A stretch of DNA of 64,000 nt from Bacteriovoracaceae bacterium (GCA_965217035.1 OZ244226.1:1284146-1348145); one strand, 5' to 3'. Shown: positions 29,513-38,765, counted from the stretch's first letter. Notes: generated by a model not told the origin, from the sequence alone. Made by a program: numbers and translations.

Positions 29513-31162
29513 CTAATCATTTCCCACAGTTCTTTCAAAGAATTGAACAAGCTCACGCTTAATATGATATTTCGAATTAGATTTAATTTGCCATTGAGTT
29601 TTAGAGTAAACAGCTTGAATCGCTTTATTTCCTCTAAAATCATGAATTATATTTTTAATAATCGCTTTAGCTGAAGCATCCGTTGTCTCTTCATACTTGA
29701 AAATAAGTTTTCCTAATTTTGACCTGGGAGTTTCTTTTCTTGTAATTCTCTCATTGTCTTTTTTATAAATCGCATTCTTCTCTCTTACTGCTTTATTAAA
29801 CTCTTCAATAAGCATATTAGAAATTTCATTTGCTTCATACTGTCCTTGCATAACAAGAGCGAGAAGCTCATAAAGACTTGATTTTTTCTCAAATAAGTAG
29901 GTTGAAATTCTACTTCTTCCTGGATCATTAAGCTTTAAAATAATATTTGCTTGCTCATTATTATCAACATTTAAACCATCGTTTACAGTAATAACATTTT
30001 CTGCAGTTTTTTTAGAACTTTTTGAAAGACCTTCAAGTTCAAAAGAAACCTTAACACCGTTATGCTGAAGGTGTTCTGAAGAAGAACTCGTCACAAAGGT
30101 AAGTTTTCCACTTTTCTTTTCACCAATATTTCGAACGGCTCCTGCTCCAAGCTTTAAAGTCATTGATCCACCAGGAATAAAAGCTCCATCAAGTCTTAAA
30201 ACATTTCCATTGAGTTCGATATGAGCATTCTCCTTGAAATCTTTAATTTTACTTATTCTTTCGTTTGGATAATGCTCTCTCACTTTTGTTCGGTAATGAG
30301 AAACAAGTCCTGCGCTTTTAAAAGTCTTATTAAAAGCAGATCTTCCTACCTCATTCTGCTTCCGTGCCTTTGTTTTATTAGCAGAAATTTGATAAGCGTG
30401 ATTATAAGCTCCATAATCCTTTGAGTAATAATAGCTTTTTGAATTAAGAAAATTTGTTGCGGCTGATTTAAAAGCACTTTCAAAGTGATACCGCATATTA
30501 TAAGCCTTCTCATCATAACTACTGTAATAGTTGTACCAATCCTGCTTTAATTTCCAGTGACTAAAAACATCAGAACTATTTAGGTAGTAAAGCTTGTTAC
30601 TGTAGTTGGCATTTTCTAAATCTTCTACTCTTAAGACTGAAATATTTAAAATCTCTTCATATTCAGAAATATGATCAACAATATGATTACCTGAGTAATT
30701 ATTTTCTGATACAAAATTTCTAAAACCATTGGGACTTAAAAAATTACTAGGAACTGGAAAAACTCCTGGGTCCTCACTAATTGTAGGAGACCCTGAACCA
30801 TTTAATGTAGCCCTCCTATAAGCCTTTGAGACAATATCATAAGCAAGAGCACTCGCTTCTGCTTTGTAGTCGGTCTTATTTTTAATTCTAGTTACTATTT
30901 GCACCGCCTGTGCACGGCCTTCTCTTTTTGCAGAGTTTACTTCATGGTCTGTAAGTAAAGCATTTTCACCAGCTCGATATCCCTCATAAAGAGATCGTCG
31001 TCGATTTTCTCCCTCTGTTAATGTTTCCCATTTTCCATTCAAATACTGCCGTGCTTGCTTACGGCCATTCTTTCTGGCTTTATCTTTTTCAGCCTCTGTA
31101 AGCTCTTGAGAAAACAAACTCAAGGAAAGAATGGTAACTATAAGTGAAATAAAAATTTTCAT
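29513..31162 (-). CDS. Hypothetical secreted protein (paralogue of 33735..35876)
   Basis: Signal peptide from ATG 31162 with GGAG SD; collinear motifs shared with the 713-aa ORF. Confidence 0.75.
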   Translation of the reverse strand: MKIFISLIVTILSLSLFSQELTEAEKDKARKNGRKQARQYLNGKWETLTEGENRRRSLYEGYRAGENALLTDHEVNSAKREGRAQAVQIVTRIKNKTDYKAEASALAYDIVSKAYRRATLNGSGSPTISEDPGVFPVPSNFLSPNGFRNFVSENNYSGNHIVDHISEYEEILNISVLRVEDLENANYSNKLYYLNSSDVFSHWKLKQDWYNYYSSYDEKAYNMRYHFESAFKSAATNFLNSKSYYYSKDYGAYNHAYQISANKTKARKQNEVGRSAFNKTFKSAGLVSHYRTKVREHYPNERISKIKDFKENAHIELNGNVLRLDGAFIPGGSMTLKLGAGAVRNIGEKKSGKLTFVTSSSSEHLQHNGVKVSFELEGLSKSSKKTAENVITVNDGLNVDNNEQANIILKLNDPGRSRISTYLFEKKSSLYELLALVMQGQYEANEISNMLIEEFNKAVREKNAIYKKDNERITRKETPRSKLGKLIFKYEETTDASAKAIIKNIIHDFRGNKAIQAVYSKTQWQIKSNSKYHIKRELVQFFERTVGND

Positions 31163-31263
31163 AAATTGCTCCAAATTATAAAGATATAATCCAGAGTATC
31201 TTGAAATTTAAAAATAAAGATAAGAGTGAGTAATCATTATAAACTGTCTAAAGAGTCGACAGT

Positions 31264-33627
31264 TCAAATAAGAACTTTTCTTGGCTTTGAACCCTGTTGA
31301 GGTCCAACGGCTCCATTTGCTTCAAGCTGCTCAATAAGATTGGCTGCTCGGTTATAACCAATCTTCAATCTTCTTTGGAGAAAAGAAGCACTGGCTGACT
31401 TTGTTTCCGAGATAATGCGAATAGCATCATCGTAGAGAGGGTCTTTGCTATCAGTTACCGTAAAGGTCTGCTGAACTCTGATTCCATCACTGATATTATT
31501 AACGTCAACTTCACCAAGTTCTGCTTGGTCAACAAAAGAGAGTGCTGATTGGTCAAATTTCGGCTCTTCTTTACACATACTCTTAACAAGATTTTCAATT
31601 TCGTCTTCGTCGACATAAGCAGAGTGAAGCCTCTCCATTTCGATTCCTTGCTTAAAGAGCATATCTCCCTTACCTAGAAGCTTCTCAGCTCCCATTGTGT
31701 TGAGAATAGTTCTTGAATCAACTGCAGAACTTACTCGAAATGAGACTCGTGTTGGAAAATTAGACTTCACAAGACCCGTAATAACATCAACTGATGGTCT
31801 TTGGGTTGCAAGCACGAGATGAATTCCTGATGCTCTCGCTTTCGCAGCAAGACGGCATATATTGATTTCAATATCTTTACCAACCTTACTGAGAATAAGA
31901 TCAGCAAATTCATCAACGATGATGACAATATAAGGAAGTTCAAAACCATCACTAGCATCTTCATAAAGATGTTGAATCCGATTGAGATCTTCTCTTCCGA
32001 CTCGCTTAATTTTACTATTAAAGCCTTCAACGTTTCTTACTCCCATTTCTTTGAGAATTGAATAACGTCTCTCCATTTCCTGGCAAGCCCAAAGAAGAGC
32101 AATTGAGGCTGTTTTAGGTTCCGTCATCACCGGGAGAGCAAGATGTGGAAGTTTAGAATAAAGAGCAAGCTCTAATTGTTTGGGATCAATTAGAACGAGC
32201 TTCATTTGCTTAGGTGTTAACTTAACTAAAAGAGAGACAAGTAAAGTATTAATAAAAACGGACTTACCTGCACCCGTTGAACCAGCAACGAGCATATGTG
32301 GCATTCCTGCAAGATCAACAACTTTCGACTCTCCAAAAGCATCTTTTCCCATTGCGATTGGAAGACGATTTTCACTTTTTCTAAAAGCTGAAGATTTAAG
32401 AACATCAGAGAGAAAAATGATTTCTCTAGGATTACGAGGTACTTCAATTCCCATTGTTGTTTTTCCCTTTAAAGGAAAAATCATTCGAATCGGCGCTCCT
32501 GAGAGAGCTAAACTAAGGTCTTCTGTAATTCCCGTAACTTTAGAAACTTTTACACCTGGCCCAAGCTCTAGCTCAAATGTATCAACAACAGGTCCTTTTA
32601 AAACATTAATAACCTGAGCGTTAATTTTGAACTCTTTCAATTTATCTTCTAAGCGAGAAATTATTTCTTCAAAATAGGCTTGATCTGGTCCTACTATACG
32701 TTTTTTATTCTGATCTATTGATTCGATAAGAGTCTCAGGAGAGAGATAAGCTTCTTTAGTTTTCTTTACTCTTTTAATTTTTTTAGTTTTAGTAACTGGG
32801 GTCGCTTGAGTTTCAACCACTTCAAAGGGAGCTTCTCTCTGACTCTCTTCCTTCAAGTCAATCTCAATTTCTATTTTTGATTTTACTTGATCGGCAAAAT
32901 CTGCATCAGCTATAGTCGATGTTTGATCACCTTTGAATATATTATCAATTGGTTTTTCATCATCTTCGTATTCGTAATCCTCTTCTTCATCAATGCTTAG
33001 CATCTCTTCAAGGCTATTGTTTCCTTTAAGGTTTTCTGAGACTTTCACGAAAATACGTTCTGTTGGATTTTGAATGAAATGAGCTATCTTATTAGTATAG
33101 GTAGAGAAAAAACTTTTTGCTCGACCAAAACCAGTCTTGAATAAGATAAAAAGGCTTTTCAAGAAATCAACAGTATTTTTAAAAGACCAGTTTGAAAGTC
33201 CAAGTACAAAAATAACACTAAAAGCAATTAAAGATATGACAAGCACTGAAACTGAAGCATAAAAATTAAAAAATGACTGAAGCCCTTCTCCTACCATCGC
33301 TGGTTCTACGAAAAAAGTTCCTATTGCTGAAATTGCAATAATTGAAAAAATAATAAAAAGATCTGATAGCTTTTCGCTTTTCTTGAAGAAAAAAGGATAA
33401 CAAACTAAATAACCAACAAAGCTCACAACCATAAAAGGGCCAAGATAAAAACCGATCGCTCTAAAAAAAGTCGTGAGATAGAAACTTAAAAAATTAAAAG
33501 CATTGGAATCACTAGATATTGAAAAGTAATTATCAGGAAGCGCCTCTCTAAAATAAAAAACACTGATATTAATGAGAGTTATAAACGCAAGCGTAAATAG
33601 CGAATATCGTGAGAGCTTTATACCCAT
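31264..33627 (-). CDS. ftsK: DNA translocase FtsK
   Basis: N-terminal TMs, MPHMLVAGSTGAGKS, IDPK, VDEFADL, ATQRPS, gamma domain LQRRLKIGYNRAA. Confidence 0.97.
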   Translation of the reverse strand: MGIKLSRYSLFTLAFITLINISVFYFREALPDNYFSISSDSNAFNFLSFYLTTFFRAIGFYLGPFMVVSFVGYLVCYPFFFKKSEKLSDLFIIFSIIAISAIGTFFVEPAMVGEGLQSFFNFYASVSVLVISLIAFSVIFVLGLSNWSFKNTVDFLKSLFILFKTGFGRAKSFFSTYTNKIAHFIQNPTERIFVKVSENLKGNNSLEEMLSIDEEEDYEYEDDEKPIDNIFKGDQTSTIADADFADQVKSKIEIEIDLKEESQREAPFEVVETQATPVTKTKKIKRVKKTKEAYLSPETLIESIDQNKKRIVGPDQAYFEEIISRLEDKLKEFKINAQVINVLKGPVVDTFELELGPGVKVSKVTGITEDLSLALSGAPIRMIFPLKGKTTMGIEVPRNPREIIFLSDVLKSSAFRKSENRLPIAMGKDAFGESKVVDLAGMPHMLVAGSTGAGKSVFINTLLVSLLVKLTPKQMKLVLIDPKQLELALYSKLPHLALPVMTEPKTASIALLWACQEMERRYSILKEMGVRNVEGFNSKIKRVGREDLNRIQHLYEDASDGFELPYIVIIVDEFADLILSKVGKDIEINICRLAAKARASGIHLVLATQRPSVDVITGLVKSNFPTRVSFRVSSAVDSRTILNTMGAEKLLGKGDMLFKQGIEMERLHSAYVDEDEIENLVKSMCKEEPKFDQSALSFVDQAELGEVDVNNISDGIRVQQTFTVTDSKDPLYDDAIRIISETKSASASFLQRRLKIGYNRAANLIEQLEANGAVGPQQGSKPRKVLI

Positions 33628-33633
33628 ATCAAT

Positions 33634-33662
33634 AATTTAACATGAGAGGATCGCTGCAGCAA
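33634..33662 (-). promoter_or_regulatory. Putative extended -10 sigma70 promoter giving a leaderless ftsK transcript
   Basis: TTGCTG-N17(ending TGn)-TAAATT-N6-ATG(33627); no SD. Confidence 0.55.
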
Positions 33663-33689
33663 AATAAGTAGAATGGTCAAGATTAACGC

Positions 33690-33727
33690 AAAGAGAAAGG
33701 CTGGGGGGAGATTTTCCCCCCAGCCTT
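33690..33727 (-). terminator. Intrinsic terminator
   Basis: 13-bp stem AAGGCTGGGGGGA / TCCCCCCAGCCTT directly after the stop of the 713-aa ORF. Confidence 0.8.
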
Positions 33728-33734
33728 CGGAAGA

Positions 33735-35876
33735 TTATTGTAACTTTTTAACTAATTTTTTAAATGCTTTCTTTCGAGCTTTCAAAGTGAACTTGATAGA
33801 AGCCACTTTGCTTGGTGGTATCTTGTCAATCTTTGAAGACAGACTTCTAAAGTAACCACGAGCTTCAGGGTTTGCATTCACGAACGAGACAATTTGATGA
33901 AGTAATGAATTCTTACCATCTTTATAGTCATTTCTTGATGTTCCTCTTTGAGAATCCCACTCAGCTTTAATTGTATTAAAAATATAGTTCTTTAATGTCT
34001 CCTTCTGAGAGTCACTCAAAGAAGAGTTAAGCGAAGCATTTTTTAAAACATTATTCCAAGAAACTTTAAAACTTACGTTCTTAGTCGTTCCTCCAAGCTT
34101 TACAGAAATTGCTCCTCCCGACCCAACAGATACATCTGAATTAATCTTAAGAATATTTCCACTCTTAATTTCTTGACCTTGATTACTTGATAAACGATCA
34201 AGTTCAATCGCTTTTGAACTAGTTTGCGTCACACCAGAACCTCTGAGAGAAGGAGCTCCTTTAAAGTTCACACCACCGTAGTTCACAATGTTTCTGACAA
34301 CTAATTCCATTGTTCCTGAAGGGAAAACTTCTCCAACGAATACAATATCATTCAAGATCAGCGCTGGGTTTGCAGCTAAGTAATCAACTCTTTTGTTGAA
34401 AGCATCCGTATAGAACCCAGGAAAACTCTCTTTATAAATTATAATAGAACTCTCATTAGAGCTTTTTTGGTAACCATCTTGATAACCCCTGTCACGAACG
34501 ACTTTTTTACCTGTCTGAAAACCGTAACCTTCTCCAAAGATGAATGCTTTTCGGTTTGGCCTATTTCTTACTCTATAGAATTTTTCATCAATCACTCTAT
34601 CGTAAATGTTTTTGAAGTTTCTTATGAAAAATCTTTTCTGATCAGCATCTAATTTATTATAAATATTGTAATCATATTTTCCACCTAGTCGATTGTTTCT
34701 CCACTCTCCATAAGCGTATTCACCTCTAAAGTAAGTATCAAGAAATTTGTATTTACCACTAGAATCGTAAACGAATCTGAGTTTCCAGCGTATCTCAAAA
34801 TCAATCAGTCTAAATCCGTCATACTCCCAATAGTACTCTCTAAGTCTTCTGCTAAAGTCGCCCTGAAGATCATCAAGATGATCATAAACAGAAGGAACAT
34901 CAGGTCTTAAATTCGCACCATTATAAGAATCAAGATTTGGAATTATAACGGTAGTGTCTGGTTCACCTTTATCTACAGCAGCAAGGAAGCGTTCATTTGC
35001 ATCAACGAGTCCCTTCTTATCAGCATTATTTTTCGCGTCAATTTTTCCAGCTCTTGCTCCTGCAAGTCCACCTTCAGATAAACCAACTAGATAACCTCTT
35101 CTATAGAACCCATAACCAGGCTCACCTGGATCAGCAAAACGAAGGAATTCTTGATAACCAGACCAGAAACCTTTTACAAAGTTATATTTAAAGTTTTCTC
35201 TAAGGCCATAAGTGTTAGCAACTCTGTTCGCTACAGTTCTAGCTTGTTGATTTGCATAATTTCTAATTTTTTCATCAGAAATATCGGAATAAGAACCTTT
35301 ATAAGTCCAACTTTTTTCGAAATGCTTCCCACTTCCATAAAAGTTAAGAACTTTAACAAACATCTTATCGTTGTTTTTAAAAGTTTTAGATGGAGAAGTA
35401 TAACTAAATGATCCATTACTTGTATTGATCGATTTTAGAAAATCTCTACCTTTATAAAAATTGACCTGGTAAGAAGATTGTTCTCCAGTAAACTTTTTTC
35501 CAGTCGCTTGAATTTGACCGTTCTTTAAATTTTCGAACCAAATCGAACCATTACCAGGAGAAACTCCCTTGTAAGTCCAACTTTTTTCGAAATGCTTTCC
35601 ACTTCCATAAAAGTTAAGAACTCTAACAACCATTTTATCATTATTTTTAAATGTTTTAGATGGAGAGGTGTAACTAAAGGTTCCGCCTCTATTTGTGTTG
35701 ATTGTCTTTAGGAATTTGCTACCTTTGTAAAAATTTACTTGATAAGAAGATTGACTTCCTTTAAACGCTTTTCCAGTTGCTTGGATTTGTCCGTTCTTTA
35801 AATTCTCGAACCAGACTGATTGTGCAAAGCCACTCATAGCAAAGCAGAGGGCCATCATACTTACAAAAATTCTCAT
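33735..35876 (-). CDS. Hypothetical secreted protein with duplicated N-terminal beta domain
   Basis: Signal peptide, AAGGAG SD, two near-identical repeats of about 85 aa, helical middle, beta-sandwich-like then helical C-terminus. Confidence 0.8.
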   Translation of the reverse strand: MRIFVSMMALCFAMSGFAQSVWFENLKNGQIQATGKAFKGSQSSYQVNFYKGSKFLKTINTNRGGTFSYTSPSKTFKNNDKMVVRVLNFYGSGKHFEKSWTYKGVSPGNGSIWFENLKNGQIQATGKKFTGEQSSYQVNFYKGRDFLKSINTSNGSFSYTSPSKTFKNNDKMFVKVLNFYGSGKHFEKSWTYKGSYSDISDEKIRNYANQQARTVANRVANTYGLRENFKYNFVKGFWSGYQEFLRFADPGEPGYGFYRRGYLVGLSEGGLAGARAGKIDAKNNADKKGLVDANERFLAAVDKGEPDTTVIIPNLDSYNGANLRPDVPSVYDHLDDLQGDFSRRLREYYWEYDGFRLIDFEIRWKLRFVYDSSGKYKFLDTYFRGEYAYGEWRNNRLGGKYDYNIYNKLDADQKRFFIRNFKNIYDRVIDEKFYRVRNRPNRKAFIFGEGYGFQTGKKVVRDRGYQDGYQKSSNESSIIIYKESFPGFYTDAFNKRVDYLAANPALILNDIVFVGEVFPSGTMELVVRNIVNYGGVNFKGAPSLRGSGVTQTSSKAIELDRLSSNQGQEIKSGNILKINSDVSVGSGGAISVKLGGTTKNVSFKVSWNNVLKNASLNSSLSDSQKETLKNYIFNTIKAEWDSQRGTSRNDYKDGKNSLLHQIVSFVNANPEARGYFRSLSSKIDKIPPSKVASIKFTLKARKKAFKKLVKKLQ
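35295..35819 (-). repeat. Intragenic tandem duplication (255 nt + 252 nt)
   Basis: 35565..35819 and 35295..35546 both encode WFENLKNGQIQATGK...VLNFYGSGKHFEKSWTYKG. Confidence 0.95.
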
Positions 35877-36010
35877 ATCAGCTCCTTAAGTTGATTGCGA
35901 AGATATATCAGGTTTTAAACGAGCTTAAAGGTTTGGACAAGTCCTTAAATACTTACATTTAACAAACTGTGTGTCAGGAATGAAACAAGTTTAAATAGAG
36001 AACTTACAGT

Positions 36011-36045
36011 AAAAATTAAGCAGGACTGAACTTAGCCCTGCTTAA
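36011..36045 (-). terminator. Intrinsic terminator
   Basis: TTAAGCAGG / CCTGCTTAA stem with U tract on the minus strand. Confidence 0.75.
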
Positions 36046-36054
36046 CTTTAGGAA

Positions 36055-37101
36055 CTACTGAACAATCAAAGGTAATCGAAAAGATTTTCCATCATTTCGA
36101 AAATTTGGGGTCAAGATATCACCAGCAATATTCCGAGTCAGTGTAAGAAAAAGTTCGTGATCTCTCCTCTTAATTTTTTTTGAAAGACCCAAGGTTTTGA
36201 GATCAATAACGACAAGCTGATCTTTTCTATTTACTTGTATCGCATCATCACCAGAGGTAAATACACTTGAAAAATAAGCTTTATTATTTCTATGCAGAAC
36301 TAAACTTACATCAAAGGCTTGATTATCCCATTTTGAGTAATCCAGATAAATTGCTTTATCTCTTTTGGAAAGCGTTCCATTTTCAAAATTAAAATTTCTA
36401 AAAAGGAATTTACCTTTTCTCATAAATTTGATTCTAAACGTTATATCGACTTGAGAACTTCTATTTCCGCGTGTAACTCTTCTATCTGTGTCTACAAGGA
36501 CGGCCAGAACATTAGTATTGTTAACCTGTTCAATATCAACATTTAAGTTGTTTCCAAGAGTCACTGAGAACTCATGGTTTTCCCTAGAGTTTCCTTCGAA
36601 AATGACATTAATATCTGCGTAATGATCAACTTGCACTTGGTACGATTCAGTTATCGTTTTTCTACAAGTATAAGGAACTTGTCTATAACGAGTCTCGTAA
36701 CGACAAACTCTTTCATAATAAGGCTCATCACGACAAATTCTTCTTCCTGGCTCCATTCGGCAAACTCTCCTTCCAGGAGTTACCGAACAAACTTTCCGGC
36801 CTTTTCTAATTCGACAAACTCTCCGACCAGGCTCAGTCCGACAAACTCTTCTATCTACTCCACGTCGACAAACCCGTCGGTATCGAGTCACTCTCCGACA
36901 GATTCGTTCTTGGTATGGCTCACTTCTATAACAAGTATCTTCAATAACTCTTTCTCTATAGCGAGTCTCATAAGCTACGGTTTCTAGACTTAAGCTTTCA
37001 TCTGGCTGTCCAGAATAAGTAAATCCCATTTGGTCAGAACCATCGGAGTTTAAGCTCCAAAATAAAAGCAGACTTAATAAAATAGGTAAATAGCGAATCA
37101 T
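36055..37101 (-). CDS. Secreted protein with Arg/Cys-rich repeat insertion
   Basis: Signal peptide, AGGAGG SD, 10 Cys with 9-13 aa spacing within RRVCR-type repeats. Confidence 0.85.
   Translation of the reverse strand: MIRYLPILLSLLLFWSLNSDGSDQMGFTYSGQPDESLSLETVAYETRYRERVIEDTCYRSEPYQERICRRVTRYRRVCRRGVDRRVCRTEPGRRVCRIRKGRKVCSVTPGRRVCRMEPGRRICRDEPYYERVCRYETRYRQVPYTCRKTITESYQVQVDHYADINVIFEGNSRENHEFSVTLGNNLNVDIEQVNNTNVLAVLVDTDRRVTRGNRSSQVDITFRIKFMRKGKFLFRNFNFENGTLSKRDKAIYLDYSKWDNQAFDVSLVLHRNNKAYFSSVFTSGDDAIQVNRKDQLVVIDLKTLGLSKKIKRRDHELFLTLTRNIAGDILTPNFRNDGKSFRLPLIVQ
36664..36933 (-). repeat. Degenerate 27-nt coding repeats (RRVCR units)
   Basis: cgacaaactc-like words recur at about 36701, 36731, 36758, 36785, 36812, 36839, 36866 and 36896. 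Confidence 0.8.
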
Positions 37102-37291
37102 AGTCCCTCCTTAAACTAGTCTTTATATGATTTAACTTAGAGCAATAAATGTTCCAGACTTTTTTGATAGAGATGCAGGGTTCAACTATGAAAGACAAAC
37201 AGCACAAAAAATTTCAAACACTATTTATTGGAGCCAAATTTTATTCCGGTGCCATCTGGTTACCTTGAGTTTTGACACTTAAGAAGAAGTT

Positions 37292-38689
37292 TTGTTTAGT
37301 CTACTAGTGAAAAGTACATTGGTCTGTTTACTCTTTTTGTCTTCATTTTTACGAGCCGAGTCAAAACAAAAACTTCACGAACAAGCTTCTCAGCAGTTTC
37401 TGAAAACTCATTTTTTTGAGAATGGTCGAGGTATGATGATCTCTCCTGACCTCGTAAAACTCATTACGACTTTTCAAAAAATGGGAATCAAGGAAGTCCA
37501 AAAGAAAATTTTTCAAGATCGATACGGTTTTAATCTCCTTAACAAGAAAATCGTTGGATTCTTTGACGTAAGATACAAACATCTTCGTGTTGGTGTCCTT
37601 GGGTGCACAGCTTGTCATAGTGGAAAAGCTGCGGGTTTTTTCATTCCAGGACTAGGCAATAAAACAATTGATCCTTACCTTATTGGACGTGACACTTATT
37701 TTATTCAAAAATTTTGGGGATTAACTGGAAGAACAAAAGAATTTAAAAGACTTCATAAAACATCTATGCATTTTGCAAAGGTATCCTTTGATAAAAAAGT
37801 TTCGAATCAAACAAGAGGACTTGTTCCTGATGCAACTATTCAAACCTTCTTTTATAAAGACCTTGGGATGGATTATCCAGACCTTCCAAATGGTGAAGTC
37901 AAAGTTCCTCATCTTTGGGGACTTCAAGAAAAAAGAAAAACCGGAATTTTTACAAGCGGTGAGTTTAATGGAGATCATGTTGGCTGGGAGTTTGGAGCGG
38001 AACTCTTTGCGAGTGATAGTGGAGATCACTTAAGAAATATCCTTCCGAAACTCGAGAATGTTGTTGAAAATATTTTTCACAACTTCTTGCCTCCTAAATA
38101 TCCTTTCTCAATTAAAAAGCTCTCATTAGCCAGAGGGCAAAAAATTTTTAGGAAAGATTGCAAACAATGCCATGGAGAACACATTAGAGATCCCCAAGGA
38201 TACCCTATCTATAAAAAACCTAAACTTATAAAACACTCAATTATAAAAACAGATGGTGATAGACTCTCGGGAATGGATGAGTTCTTAAGAATTGTCGAAA
38301 AAAGTTCTGTAAGCGATATCTTAAAACTCAATTACAGAAAAGAAAAAGGTTATATTGCTCCACAACTCTGGGGTATTTGGTCTCGCTTCCCCTATCTTCA
38401 TAATGGGTCTGTTCCAACTCTCTACCACTTATTAGTGAAACCTGAAAGTAGACCTCAGGTCTTCTCTATGTATCAAGCTGGTGAAAAATATCGATTTGAT
38501 CAAAGAAATATGGGATTAACTCTTCCAAGAAATCTTTCTCGAGCAACAAGAAAGGCAAAAAGAGGTAATAGAAATTACTATTATACAAAAAGAATTGGGC
38601 ATTCGAACCAAGGCCATTATTTTTCGTTCATGAAAAAGTACTCGGAACAAGAGCGCTATGATTTGCTCGAGTACTTGAAAACTTTATAA
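37292..38689 (+). CDS. Diheme c-type cytochrome, RoxA/MauG-related family
   Basis: CTACH and CKQCH; LWGIWSRFPYLHNGSVPTLYHLL; GHSNQGH; LLEYLKTL; signal peptide. Confidence 0.8.
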   Translation: MFSLLVKSTLVCLLFLSSFLRAESKQKLHEQASQQFLKTHFFENGRGMMISPDLVKLITTFQKMGIKEVQKKIFQDRYGFNLLNKKIVGFFDVRYKHLRVGVLGCTACHSGKAAGFFIPGLGNKTIDPYLIGRDTYFIQKFWGLTGRTKEFKRLHKTSMHFAKVSFDKKVSNQTRGLVPDATIQTFFYKDLGMDYPDLPNGEVKVPHLWGLQEKRKTGIFTSGEFNGDHVGWEFGAELFASDSGDHLRNILPKLENVVENIFHNFLPPKYPFSIKKLSLARGQKIFRKDCKQCHGEHIRDPQGYPIYKKPKLIKHSIIKTDGDRLSGMDEFLRIVEKSSVSDILKLNYRKEKGYIAPQLWGIWSRFPYLHNGSVPTLYHLLVKPESRPQVFSMYQAGEKYRFDQRNMGLTLPRNLSRATRKAKRGNRNYYYTKRIGHSNQGHYFSFMKKYSEQERYDLLEYLKTL

Positions 38690-38765
38690 TAACTGAATTG
38701 CTTGGCGTAATTATTTAGCGACCTTACGTGAATCACCAAACTCAATCCAACAAAACACTTTGGTA

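Noticed and set aside
32180..32617. 145-aa antisense ORF inside ftsK, and the other short antisense or out-of-frame ORFs in the track
   Set aside because: Fully nested in well-supported genes, with no motifs or SD.
31264..33627. FtsK as a type VII secretion or conjugative coupling ATPase for the flanking secreted proteins
   Set aside because: One ATPase domain plus N-terminal TMs and a gamma domain is the housekeeping architecture; no WXG100, relaxase or T4SS genes.
36664..36933. Periodic cgacaaactc words as a CRISPR array
   Set aside because: The period is about 27 nt, the repeats are degenerate and in frame within a protein, and there are no cas genes.
36574..36987. 137-aa plus-strand Ser/Thr/Asn-rich ORF
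   Set aside because: Antisense shadow of the Arg/Cys repeats; no SD.
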